Assembly (NCBI GenBank): GCA_016861205.1
Contig: BOKX01000001.1
Coordinates: forward strand, 72,539 to 136,538
Direction: 5' to 3'
Source of the DNA: Patescibacteria group bacterium
GTDB lineage: Bacteria > Patescibacteriota > Microgenomatia > UBA1400 > PJMF01
Length of the DNA stretch: 64,000 bases
Positions 56,001 through 64,000 of the stretch are shown here, piece by piece; positions within the stretch are counted from its first letter, which is position 1; the number at the start of each line of letters is the position of its first letter. Both the position numbers and the translations under genes were made by a program. The notes under the pieces are model-generated. The model had not been told where the DNA came from. It ran no database searches and saw only the letters and a list, made by a program, of their open reading frames with translations.

Positions 56001-58433
56001 ATATCCCAATGACAGAGCTGATCCCGATAAGGTCATCGCAGAATAATTAACGCCACCAATATAGTAGATTCCAGAGTTATAGATACCCCCACCACTTGTA
56101 ATAGATGTAGTTGCACGCAAATTGCCAGTTATATCTACCTTGTATGTTGGTACTGTGGTGCCAATACCAATGTTACCGCCAAATTCATTCAAGATCAGGT
56201 TGGCGGCTCCCAATCCTGAAAATGCCTGGATGTTGGAGTATGTTGTGCCAGAGCTGGCACCAGGTCTAAAGTTGACTCCTGATACACCATCCGCATTCTT
56301 AAATTGTGCCCAACGTGTACTCGAAACACCCACAACTTCAAATTTTGTATCAGGCGTTGCCGTTCCTATCCCAACGTTTCCGGTCGAAGCATCACCATAA
56401 TAAAGGATGGCGCTACTTTGACCCAAAACTCTGGTGTCATAATTTTGTGCATCGTAGTTGAGCGTAATAATGGGCTGTGGATCGTTGACACTGTAGTGCA
56501 ACATTTTTAGGTTGCCCTGATTTTCAATCCAAAAGCCATTCATGGTGTGCAGTGATGATGTATCACCGTTAGTAGTGGAGAGATAGACATCATAACTACC
56601 ATCTCGCTTAACGCCGATTCTGTTTCCGCCACCACCGTTGGCGAAGATGTTGCCCTGTACAATCAGCTTCTCTGCGGGAGTGGCTGTACCAATTCCTAGA
56701 TTTCCAGCATTGGTGAGTACCATCCTTGTCGTCCCACTAGCACTCGCGCTCAAAATATTTCCACCCAAGGTTTGGTTGACAGTGAAAGCATCATTGGCAC
56801 CGTAGCCGCCGTTGACGTGCAAGAGAGCCGTGGGAGAAGTGGTGCCGATGCCCACGAGTCCATTGATACCGTTAATAATCATTCTGACACTAGGTGTTGC
56901 CCCACCTGTATAGAATCTCAGTTGTGCTGTGTCACCACCTGAATCAAGATAGCTATTTATTCTGGCAGAGCCAACAAAATTACCTGATCCCGCTCCATTG
57001 TTTCTATTTGTAAAATTAATGCCAATCTCGTCGAATGAAGTGGCATGAGTATTGTTTAATGTTAGGAAAGCTGTACCTGGAGCACTAGCACTACCCGCTC
57101 CATTAATCATAAGTTTTGATTGTGGTGTTGTGCCTCCTATGCCCAACCGCTTATTGGTATCATCCCAAAAGAAATTGGCATTATCCTGTGTAATGCCACT
57201 CGCTCCCTGGAACAGCACTGAACCACTCGTCAAACCTGGATTTAAGCTTCCAGCCACATTGGCACTTCCATTAAACACGCCATTAGCATCCACGTAGGAC
57301 AGCACTGAACCAGAAGCATCACGCCATTCGGTTAGGTTGGCAGTCTGGCCTGTGTAGCCTTGGATGATTTGACCAATTTTGGTGGCTAAGTTGGTAAAGA
57401 CATGAAAGCGCGAAACGGGACTGGTGGTCGAAATCCCCACACTGCCACCATCATGATACAAATTGTTACTCGATACCCAGTTAGTGCCATTAAAGTACAA
57501 GGTCATGCCGTTGGTGGCACTGGGCAAGACGGCCTCAGCACTGGGAGTAGCTGCACCGCCGCCGCCAGTTTGGTCTTCCACCAAGATCAGCTTGCCGCCA
57601 CTGTCCACCGATAACACCTTGCCACCACCTACTCCAGCCGCCGTGGAAGAAGTGACTCGGGTGAAGGTAATACCGGTTTCGCCATCGGTGCCAGAATCTA
57701 CCTCCAGTTTATTGGTCGGGCTGGAGGTGCCGATGCCGACACGGTTGCTACTGGTGATCAGGGCCACGTTGCTCGAGCTAGCCTTGTACCAGCCACTCAA
57801 GTTGTCTGCCGAGACTGTCAATTTCTTGTCAGAAGTATTAAGGCTCAACGCCACTCCTGATCCGGCAGTAAACTCAAAGGTATCTGTGTTAGAACCAGCA
57901 CTGGCTGTATCGTCACCGACTTTGATGGACTTGAAGATTTTTTGGTCAGAACCGCGGTCAGCGTTAGTGATCGTGATGTCTTGATCGCCACTGACCGTAA
58001 TGCCGCCACCGGCTACCACTGAGTAAACTAGATTTGAGGCAGTAATTTCGCCAGATCCGACGTCGATATCTATCCCATTGGCGTTTAAGTTGCCGAGTAG
58101 TTGTGCGCCGTTTTCCAAGATCACTTCATTAACGAATCTGGCTTGACCTTCAAAGACTGACTGCTCTTGAACCACCAGTGACGCTACGGTAACCGCATCA
58201 GCGAAGACGGCTGGAATGTTAACCTGAAAGAGTGGCGAGAGGATGGTGGCCTCTGATCCCGAGGTGGTGGGTAGGAAACTACTGCCTGTAGCAGGTAGAA
58301 CTTGGGCTAGTTGGGTCGAAAGTCCGAGCACTGAGCTGGATCTCATGTCACCAAGCACCTGGCGAGTCGTGACGAGAGCCAGTCCTAGTGACATTAGCAG
58401 TAAGCCAGTTGTTTTAGCTTTATTTAAACGCAC
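53094..58433 (-). CDS. giant secreted fibre/adhesin-like protein, paralog A
   Basis: Signal peptide, many GN(V/I)GIGTT repeats, ELQVRDEAGNVTTLSPHNFSL domain, lectin-like C-terminal domain, PT tail. Confidence 0.85.
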   Translation of the reverse strand: MRLNKAKTTGLLLMSLGLALVTTRQVLGDMRSSSVLGLSTQLAQVLPATGSSFLPTTSGSEATILSPLFQVNIPAVFADAVTVASLVVQEQSVFEGQARFVNEVILENGAQLLGNLNANGIDIDVGSGEITASNLVYSVVAGGGITVSGDQDITITNADRGSDQKIFKSIKVGDDTASAGSNTDTFEFTAGSGVALSLNTSDKKLTVSADNLSGWYKASSSNVALITSSNRVGIGTSSPTNKLEVDSGTDGETGITFTRVTSSTAAGVGGGKVLSVDSGGKLILVEDQTGGGGAATPSAEAVLPSATNGMTLYFNGTNWVSSNNLYHDGGSVGISTTSPVSRFHVFTNLATKIGQIIQGYTGQTANLTEWRDASGSVLSYVDANGVFNGSANVAGSLNPGLTSGSVLFQGASGITQDNANFFWDDTNKRLGIGGTTPQSKLMINGAGSASAPGTAFLTLNNTHATSFDEIGINFTNRNNGAGSGNFVGSARINSYLDSGGDTAQLRFYTGGATPSVRMIINGINGLVGIGTTSPTALLHVNGGYGANDAFTVNQTLGGNILSASASGTTRMVLTNAGNLGIGTATPAEKLIVQGNIFANGGGGNRIGVKRDGSYDVYLSTTNGDTSSLHTMNGFWIENQGNLKMLHYSVNDPQPIITLNYDAQNYDTRVLGQSSAILYYGDASTGNVGIGTATPDTKFEVVGVSSTRWAQFKNADGVSGVNFRPGASSGTTYSNIQAFSGLGAANLILNEFGGNIGIGTTVPTYKVDITGNLRATTSITSGGGIYNSGIYYIGGVNYSAMTLSGSALSLGYENTSLALRTSSTTQLLINASGLVGIGTTTPTALLHINGGYGANDALTINQTLSGNILSASASGTTKMVLSNSGQLGIGTTAPTSDIYIWDASVADIYVKSNNTGTGLYMDGGAGAGNGITFKAANVQKWAIFDRENFAGTPLTIQDNSNNIVTAWLDIGASGLMGINNSAPTAALHVDGKYGSNAAAIINQTNAGDILTASASGTTKLVLANSGRMGLGLGTPGFMLDILATADNIDNGAALALKGTSYTTHGGYLILNKNTGNNTAAIIQSGDNNQYTPILLNPSGGNVGVGTTSTSYKLDVNGTARVAELLRVTGANGGVQMDSRDGSGTNFQWYNNTGDDLRLYGSSDLFTFTGTGRLGIGETSPQASLHVGPNNDGHVRHSAGTIDVRWDFVSRVYLSQNLGVDTGLGYNSGGIRISGQAIGEYGYILGGRTAAGGSGYDILFNPNNAGNIGIGTYVPGARLQVSGNGTTTGGALNITDSGGNSGLYVQDRGNIGMGTTSPIHRLQLTGTQTGKALAVLNETGTNDILTASSSGTTRFVLRESGRIGINTSNPEGFTHIRRTATNRAYTLDGNDTLVLEHFDTNRLKWVSNNTAHQLLSFSDEDSEDMGVIAYHHDTDSMGFATNTVTALRIDSAQNVGLLPTLAFGTNASRVFAIASSTAPTTSITDGIQLFAVDVAGSHELQVRDEAGNVTTLSPHNFSLLDNQRSEDLAWAFYSERNGLAINADMTKALRVVEKLSGEKLVRIKNLTNGEDLTDFYADQSTHELALDNAEWVARAELNPFMTWGSDVLTIIGKTIFEKPAEFLADVTVRGRLYLSDKDAAGYAVIKAGATTVTVPFEHSFITPPVVTVTAQKAVSGLRVTQTTQDSFTIQIAEPLTEDVTINWVAVAVTDPRVVESVAGSSIELETSVTSPTPNPSASLAPTSSPTPSPTIDPTPTPTPSQEVSPVPTPTPSTTESIPLEP

Positions 58434-58542
58434 GTGACAGTTTCAAAGTCCTAACACCAGACACACCACTCTGCCCCATCCCCGCCTCGGCGGATGGTTG
58501 GCAATGGCGTTGCTGGTTTAACACTTCACCCAGTGTACGGGA

Positions 58543-58578
58543 TTTTGGTCGAGTGCAATAGACGAAAAAGAAGCGAAA
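58543..58578. promoter_or_regulatory. conserved palindromic element upstream of paralog A
   Basis: TTTTGGTC-N10-GACGAAAA then AGAAGCGAAA; near-identical to 63369-63404. Confidence 0.7.
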
Positions 58579-58604
58579 ATCAGCTGTGGAAATGTGACAG
58601 TACT

Positions 58605-61600
58605 TTACTGCGCATCAAGGTCGGGACTGGCGCTGATCGTTGCCGTGGTTGGGGTTGGCATCAGTTCTGGGCTGGGGCTACTGCTGTCAACAGCTGTCGG
58701 AGATGGATTGGGGCTAGCTGATGGTGTGGGTTGTTGTTGAGCCTGAGTCGGTGCTTCGGTAGGAGTGTTCTCGGTCCGCTTGAGTTGCTCAACAGAGATC
58801 GTACTCCAAACAACCTCAGTATCACTTGGCTGTGTCTCAGCCAAGAACACAACAAAACCAGTGGGAGTTACGTCTTTGACGGTCACTTTGGCAAAACTGT
58901 TCTGTGGGGTCAGGGTGATGACTGGGGTTTGCTTGAATGGTACCTCAAAGTTAACTGTCACCGTAGTTGAGCCTGCTTTCAGAACGGCCACTCCAGCTTT
59001 GTCTGGTTCACTGAAAGTGACCCGGGCTTTGAAAGTGACCTCAGCCAAGAACTCTGTGGGTTTTTCAAAGATGGTTTTGCCAATAATGGTCAGCACATTA
59101 CTACCCCAAGTCATGAAAGGGTTGAGCTCGGCTCTAGTAATCCATTCGGCATTATCTAGAGCTAGTTCTTGGCTTGACTGATCGGCGTAGAAATCGGTGA
59201 GGTCTTCGCCGTTGGTGAGATTCTTTATGCGGATGAGTTGCTCACCAGATAACTTTTCTACTACGCGCAGCGCTTTAGTCATGTCAGCGTTGATGGCCAG
59301 ACCATTGCGTTCAGAGTAAAAAGCCCAAGCCAAGTCTTCACTGCGTTGGTTATCCAGCAAGCTGAAGTTGTGAGGTGACAATGTAGTGACATTACCTGCC
59401 TCATCCCTAACTTGCAGCTCGTGACTACCTGTCACGTCCACGGCAAAAAGTTGGATGCCGTTAGTAAGTGAAGTGGTGGGTGCAGTAGAGTTGTAGATAG
59501 CGATGGTGTTGGCAGCCGTGTCTCCGTAGGTGTTAGTGCCGACGCCTACGTTTCCATTGTAGGAAATCGAAAACACGTCTTGGTTACTGTACAAACGCAT
59601 GGCGTTCCCATCCTGGTTATACCAGAGGAAACTGTAGGTGCCACCCCAGCGCGGCGTGGCATAGAATCCACCATCATTGCCGGTGACGCGGATGATGTTG
59701 TTAGAGCGAATTTCGCCATTCACATCCAGTTTATAGGAGGCGGTAGTGGTTCCAATGGCCACGTTGCCACCACCCGGGTTAAGCAGCAGCGGCAAGTGAA
59801 TGCTATTATCGCCCACTTGGATGAGACCTGGCGTGTCATCACCAGTGTTTTTGTTGAGAATCATGTAGCCACCGTGCGTACTGTAACTAGTACCTTTGAG
59901 CGCTAGTGCGGCACCATTGTCGGTGCCATCGGCAGTAGCCGTGACATCGACCATATAGTAAGCCAGCGAATTATTAACTCCCAGCCGACCTGCGTTGGTG
60001 AGGACCATTTTGGTGGTGCCACTGGCGCTGGCGCTCATAATATTGCCGCCCAAAGTTTGGTTAATAGTCAGAGCATCATTGGCGCCATAGCCGCCGTTGA
60101 TGTGCAAGCGAGCGGTGGGAGAAGTGGTGCCCATGCCAATGGTGCCATTTTCACGGACGTACAGTGCAGAAACGTAGTTGAGGTCGGTGGCGTTAAAGAC
60201 TGCGCCGGTGGTGGTGCCAAAGCCGGCCACATGCAACCGAGCGTTGGGAGCATAGTTACCCACACCCACACTGCCAGTTGAGCCAGGGTTGAAAATCAAG
60301 TCGTACCCACTGGCACCCCAAGCGGTGCGACCACCCAAGATGTAACCGTACTCATTGGCAGCTTGGCCACTGACTCGGATACCACCAGAGTTATAACCAA
60401 AACTACCTTCCACTCCCAAATTCTGAGATAAGTAGACACGAGACACGTAATCCCAGCGAACATCAATCGTGCCATTGCTGTGGCGAACGTGGCCATCATT
60501 GTTGGGACCGACGTGGAGCTGAGCCTGGGGGTTGGTTTCACCAATACCGACGTTGCCAGCGGCAGTAATTCTCATGCGTTCAGTTGCAGTGCCGTCCCCA
60601 GAGTTGTCACCAGTTAAAAATCTCAAACCATCTCGTGTGTCAGCTCCCAACTCCATGCCGACGAAGGTGCTGCCTGATGTTCTGGCCATACGCAAGTATC
60701 CATAAGCGTTATCAGAACTATTGTCAAAATCCATGTAAGTACCCAAATATGCGATAGTACTTCCCGCATTACCTGACAGGAGCATTCCTCCTTGTTGATC
60801 TAAAGATAATGATCCAACCGAGACATCAAGTTTTTTGTTGGGGATAGTAGTGCCGACACCTACATTTCCAGTGGATGCATCTCCATAAAGTAGAGTGCCC
60901 GTTGTGCCCTTTATCCACGTATCAAAATTTTGGCTGTTTTCATTCAAAGTAATAATGGGTTGAGCAATACTACTGTTATAGCTAAGTATTTTAAACGCGT
61001 TTGGTTCTTCTATCCAAAAACCAGCTTGAGTGTGGAGGAGGGATGTATCACCATTGGTTGTTTTGAGATAAATCTCATAAGAGCCATCTCTTGTTGAGCT
61101 TAATTTACCGCCATCTCCGGTATTATTTGCAACGATATTTCCCACCACGTTAAGCTTGTACGTTCCTGGGTTGGTTGTCCCAATACCCACATTTCCACCA
61201 TTGGTAATTACAAATTTAGTAGCTCCACTGGCACTGGCACTCAAGATGTTGCCACTCAAAGTTTGGTTGATGGTCAAGGCGTCGTTAGCGCCGTAGCCAC
61301 CAGTAATATGCATGAAGGCTGTAGGTGAAGTTGTCCCAACCCCAACGTTTCCACCCATAAACGTAGCAAGTATAGAGTGATTACTACCAGTCACCTGAAA
61401 AGGAATATTTTGGAATGGATAACCCGACGTTATTCGCAATGGATGATTGAAAGTGGAGTATGGTCCTCCATTTGCTGTATTAGCAGCAAAAGAGATACCA
61501 CCTGGACCATACAAACCTAAACCTTGACCGATACCAACACCATTTGCTCCACCGATATAGGCGTTTTGTCCACTTGAGTGATCAAAAACAATTCTGTTTG

Positions 61601-63278
61601 TCGTCGAGCTCCAAGGCAAGGTCAGCAAACCAGTTGCAGTGGTAGTCCCAATACTGACATTATTCCCTGCTGGATTTAAGGTAAGTGGTTGACTATTGTA
61701 TGACTGAATGGCTTTGGTTGTGAAATTAATACCCAAGCTATTTGCTTGAATGACTTGATCCGAGCTTAACAAGAGTGTTTCCGTAGCGGCGGCATTGGTA
61801 ATCGAAGCTCCATACGCTCCTGAACCTGCTGTCCTGCTTACAACAAAAATTGGCACATTTCCTGCATCAACAACTTCAAACAAGTTTGCAGAGGCGGCAC
61901 CTGCAGCTTTGATTCTCAATCCTTTTGTAGTTGCATCCGGTTCGAGTATTTCTAGTTGTGCCGTAGGTCCACTCGTTCCTATCCCCAGCCTATTCGTCGA
62001 GTTATCCCAAAATAAATTAGCATTATCCTGGGCGATGCCATTGGCATCCTGGAACAGCACCGAGCCGGTGGTCAAACCTGGGTTCAAGCTTCCCGACACA
62101 TTGGCCGTGCCGTTAAAGACACCGTTGGCGTCAATGTACGACAAGACATTGCCACTGACATCTTGCCACTCGGTCAGGTTGGCGGTCTGAGAAGTGTAGC
62201 CACGGAAAATAGCGCCAATTTTGGAAGCCAAGTTGGAGTTCACTTGGAAGCGAGATAGCGGATTGGTGGTAGAAATTCCCACACTGCCGCCATCGTGATA
62301 GAGATTATTGCTCGATACCCAGTTGGTGCCATTGTAGTAAATCGTCATACCACTGGTAGCACTGGGCAAAACCGCCTCGGCGCTGGGAGTGGCTGCACCG
62401 CCGCCGCCGGTTTGATCTTCCACCAGAATCAGTTTGCCACCACTATCCACCGAAAGGACCTTGCCGCCCCCCACACCCGCCGCCGTTGAAGAAGTGACGC
62501 GGGTGAAGGTAATACCGGTTTCGCCATCGGTGCCGGAATCAACTTCCAGTTTGTTGGACGGTGACGAAGTACCAATGCCTACTCGGTTGGTACTCGTGAT
62601 CAGGGCCACGTTACTGCTACTGGCTTTGTACCAACCCGACAAGTTGCTGGCGGTGAGGGTCATTTTTTTATCGCTCGTGTTGAGAGACAAACTGATGCCA
62701 TCGCCAGCTGAAAATTCAAAGGTGTCGGTATTGCTGCCAGCTTCAGCGGTGTCACTGCCCACTTTGACTTTGCTAAAGATTTTCTGAGCTGAGCCACGAT
62801 CAGCGTTAGTGATGGTCAAGTCTTGATCGCCACTGACCGTAATGCCGCTACCAGCAATCACCGAATAGACTAAGTTTGAGGCTGTAATCTCTCCAGTACC
62901 GACATCAATATCAATGCCGTTGGCATCCAAGTTACCCAGCAGCTGGGCTCCGTTCTCTAAAATTACCTCATCCACAAACCGAGCTTGACCATTGAATACT
63001 GATTCTTCTTCGACGATCAGTGATAATAGGGTGGCTGTATCGGTAAAAACTGCGGGAATATTGACCTGAAACAGCGGTGACAACCCACTCGCACCATCGG
63101 CCGAGCCACTCGGCAGGAAACTGGTGCCAGTGTTGGGCAAAACCTGGGCCAACTGAGTAGAAAGTCCCAGAACGCGACCTTCCTTTTGAGCAAAACCGAA
63201 TACCTGACCGACGGTTACCACCGCCAACCCCAGGGAGAGCAAAGCTAAGCCAGTCGTTTTTACAGCGTTCCGTTTCAT
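58605..63278 (-). CDS. giant secreted fibre/adhesin-like protein, paralog B
   Basis: Same architecture as paralog A; probable start ATG 63278 (MKRNAVKTTGL aligns with MRLNKAKTTGL). Confidence 0.85.
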   Translation of the reverse strand: MKRNAVKTTGLALLSLGLAVVTVGQVFGFAQKEGRVLGLSTQLAQVLPNTGTSFLPSGSADGASGLSPLFQVNIPAVFTDTATLLSLIVEEESVFNGQARFVDEVILENGAQLLGNLDANGIDIDVGTGEITASNLVYSVIAGSGITVSGDQDLTITNADRGSAQKIFSKVKVGSDTAEAGSNTDTFEFSAGDGISLSLNTSDKKMTLTASNLSGWYKASSSNVALITSTNRVGIGTSSPSNKLEVDSGTDGETGITFTRVTSSTAAGVGGGKVLSVDSGGKLILVEDQTGGGGAATPSAEAVLPSATSGMTIYYNGTNWVSSNNLYHDGGSVGISTTNPLSRFQVNSNLASKIGAIFRGYTSQTANLTEWQDVSGNVLSYIDANGVFNGTANVSGSLNPGLTTGSVLFQDANGIAQDNANLFWDNSTNRLGIGTSGPTAQLEILEPDATTKGLRIKAAGAASANLFEVVDAGNVPIFVVSRTAGSGAYGASITNAAATETLLLSSDQVIQANSLGINFTTKAIQSYNSQPLTLNPAGNNVSIGTTTATGLLTLPWSSTTNRIVFDHSSGQNAYIGGANGVGIGQGLGLYGPGGISFAANTANGGPYSTFNHPLRITSGYPFQNIPFQVTGSNHSILATFMGGNVGVGTTSPTAFMHITGGYGANDALTINQTLSGNILSASASGATKFVITNGGNVGIGTTNPGTYKLNVVGNIVANNTGDGGKLSSTRDGSYEIYLKTTNGDTSLLHTQAGFWIEEPNAFKILSYNSSIAQPIITLNENSQNFDTWIKGTTGTLLYGDASTGNVGVGTTIPNKKLDVSVGSLSLDQQGGMLLSGNAGSTIAYLGTYMDFDNSSDNAYGYLRMARTSGSTFVGMELGADTRDGLRFLTGDNSGDGTATERMRITAAGNVGIGETNPQAQLHVGPNNDGHVRHSNGTIDVRWDYVSRVYLSQNLGVEGSFGYNSGGIRVSGQAANEYGYILGGRTAWGASGYDLIFNPGSTGSVGVGNYAPNARLHVAGFGTTTGAVFNATDLNYVSALYVRENGTIGMGTTSPTARLHINGGYGANDALTINQTLGGNIMSASASGTTKMVLTNAGRLGVNNSLAYYMVDVTATADGTDNGAALALKGTSYSTHGGYMILNKNTGDDTPGLIQVGDNSIHLPLLLNPGGGNVAIGTTTASYKLDVNGEIRSNNIIRVTGNDGGFYATPRWGGTYSFLWYNQDGNAMRLYSNQDVFSISYNGNVGVGTNTYGDTAANTIAIYNSTAPTTSLTNGIQLFAVDVTGSHELQVRDEAGNVTTLSPHNFSLLDNQRSEDLAWAFYSERNGLAINADMTKALRVVEKLSGEQLIRIKNLTNGEDLTDFYADQSSQELALDNAEWITRAELNPFMTWGSNVLTIIGKTIFEKPTEFLAEVTFKARVTFSEPDKAGVAVLKAGSTTVTVNFEVPFKQTPVITLTPQNSFAKVTVKDVTPTGFVVFLAETQPSDTEVVWSTISVEQLKRTENTPTEAPTQAQQQPTPSASPNPSPTAVDSSSPSPELMPTPTTATISASPDLDAQ

Positions 63279-63368
63279 ACAAACACACACCATCTCGCTC
63301 CTCTTTTCCCAAGTAAGGTCAAGAAGCAATGGCGTACGCAAATGGTCACTGTTACCAATAGTACGTGG

Positions 63369-63404
63369 TTTTCGTCAAGTGCAACAGACGAAAAAGATGC
63401 GAAA
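63369..63404. promoter_or_regulatory. conserved palindromic element upstream of paralog B
   Basis: Perfect TTTTCGTC-N10-GACGAAAA then AGATGCGAAA. Confidence 0.7.
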
Positions 63405-63417
63405 GTGGGTACTTAAA

Positions 63418-64000
63418 TTACTCGGTGGGTGAAGGGGCGGGAGTTGGCGACAGAGTGGCTGAAGTGCTGGCTCCAGCTACCTCTGGAGAAGGGCTGGGGG
63501 CGGCTGAGCCGGTAGGACTGGATGAAGTGGTTGGGGTTGCTGTTGGTGATGGTTCAGTGCTGGCAGCTGGGGTGGTGACAGCCGCTGATGGTGCGGCTTG
63601 GCCCTGTGTGGTTCGGAGGCCGGTTACCGCCAGAGCGGTCCAGGTGATCTTGAGCTCGGTGGGTTGGGGCGATTCAATGGTGACCTTGAAGCCAGTTGGG
63701 CTGACCTCAGTCAAAGTGGCGCGAACATAACTATTTTGAGTGGTCAGCGTCACGGCTGGAGCCACCACAAAGGCATGTTCAAACGGCACTTCTGCCATGG
63801 TGTCGCCGGGTTTCATGATGATCTGGCCAGCGGCATCTTTGTCGCTGAAGTAGACTCGGCCACGGAAAGAGACTTCGGCCAAAAATTCGGCTGGTTTTTC
63901 AAACACTACTTGGCTGAGGAAAGTCCAAGTATTGTCGGTCCATTTTACTAACGGTGAGAGCTCAGATTGGGTCACAAACTGGGCGACTTGGAGATTAGCC
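63418..64000 (-). CDS. C-terminus of a third fibre-like paralog (partial)
   Basis: FEKPAEFLAEVSFRGRVYFSDKDAAG matches paralogs A and B; runs off window end. Confidence 0.85.
   Translation of the reverse strand, partial: ANLQVAQFVTQSELSPLVKWTDNTWTFLSQVVFEKPAEFLAEVSFRGRVYFSDKDAAGQIIMKPGDTMAEVPFEHAFVVAPAVTLTTQNSYVRATLTEVSPTGFKVTIESPQPTELKITWTALAVTGLRTTQGQAAPSAAVTTPAASTEPSPTATPTTSSSPTGSAAPSPSPEVAGASTSATLSPTPAPSPTE

Noticed and set aside
53094-63278. Diversity-generating retroelement TR/VR pair
   Set aside because: Paralog differences are mostly synonymous and involve all bases, not adenine-specific; no reverse transcriptase in window
1-64000. CRISPR array, IS elements, rRNA
   Set aside because: No regularly spaced repeats, transposase motifs or rRNA sequence seen

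Overview
Chromosomal segment of a bacterium using standard code 11, most likely Patescibacteria/CPR (Microgenomates-like). That placement is an inference from the direct-repeat LexA box, near-leaderless promoters, archaeal-type PGI/PMI, cohesin/dockerin proteins and Pro/Thr/Ser-rich linkers. Layout: lexA and dedA; a sugar/lower-glycolysis cluster (nucleotidyltransferase, PGI/PMI, class I PMI, degenerate PEP synthase, eno, gpmI); holA; tRNA-Leu and tRNA-Lys with AT-rich accessory genes; four Nudix genes; a Ddl-like ATP-grasp + C39 peptidase pair; an amino-acid racemase behind a leader-peptide attenuator; an operon of permuted dikinase + degenerate carbamoyltransferase + HEAT protein; an ABC1 kinase flanked by two paralogous microproteins; a Doc-type toxin with a small antitoxin candidate; a surface-glycan cluster; a dockerin/cohesin pair; and three tandem giant fibre-like surface proteins, two of which share conserved upstream elements. 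Best leads: the WYF/Leu attenuator, several full-length enzymes with substituted catalytic residues, the dikinase-carbamoyltransferase operon, an orphan sRNA, and the modular fibre-gene array with a conserved operator and 5'-UTR hairpin. All calls are from reading the sequence and recalled motifs; no searches were run.
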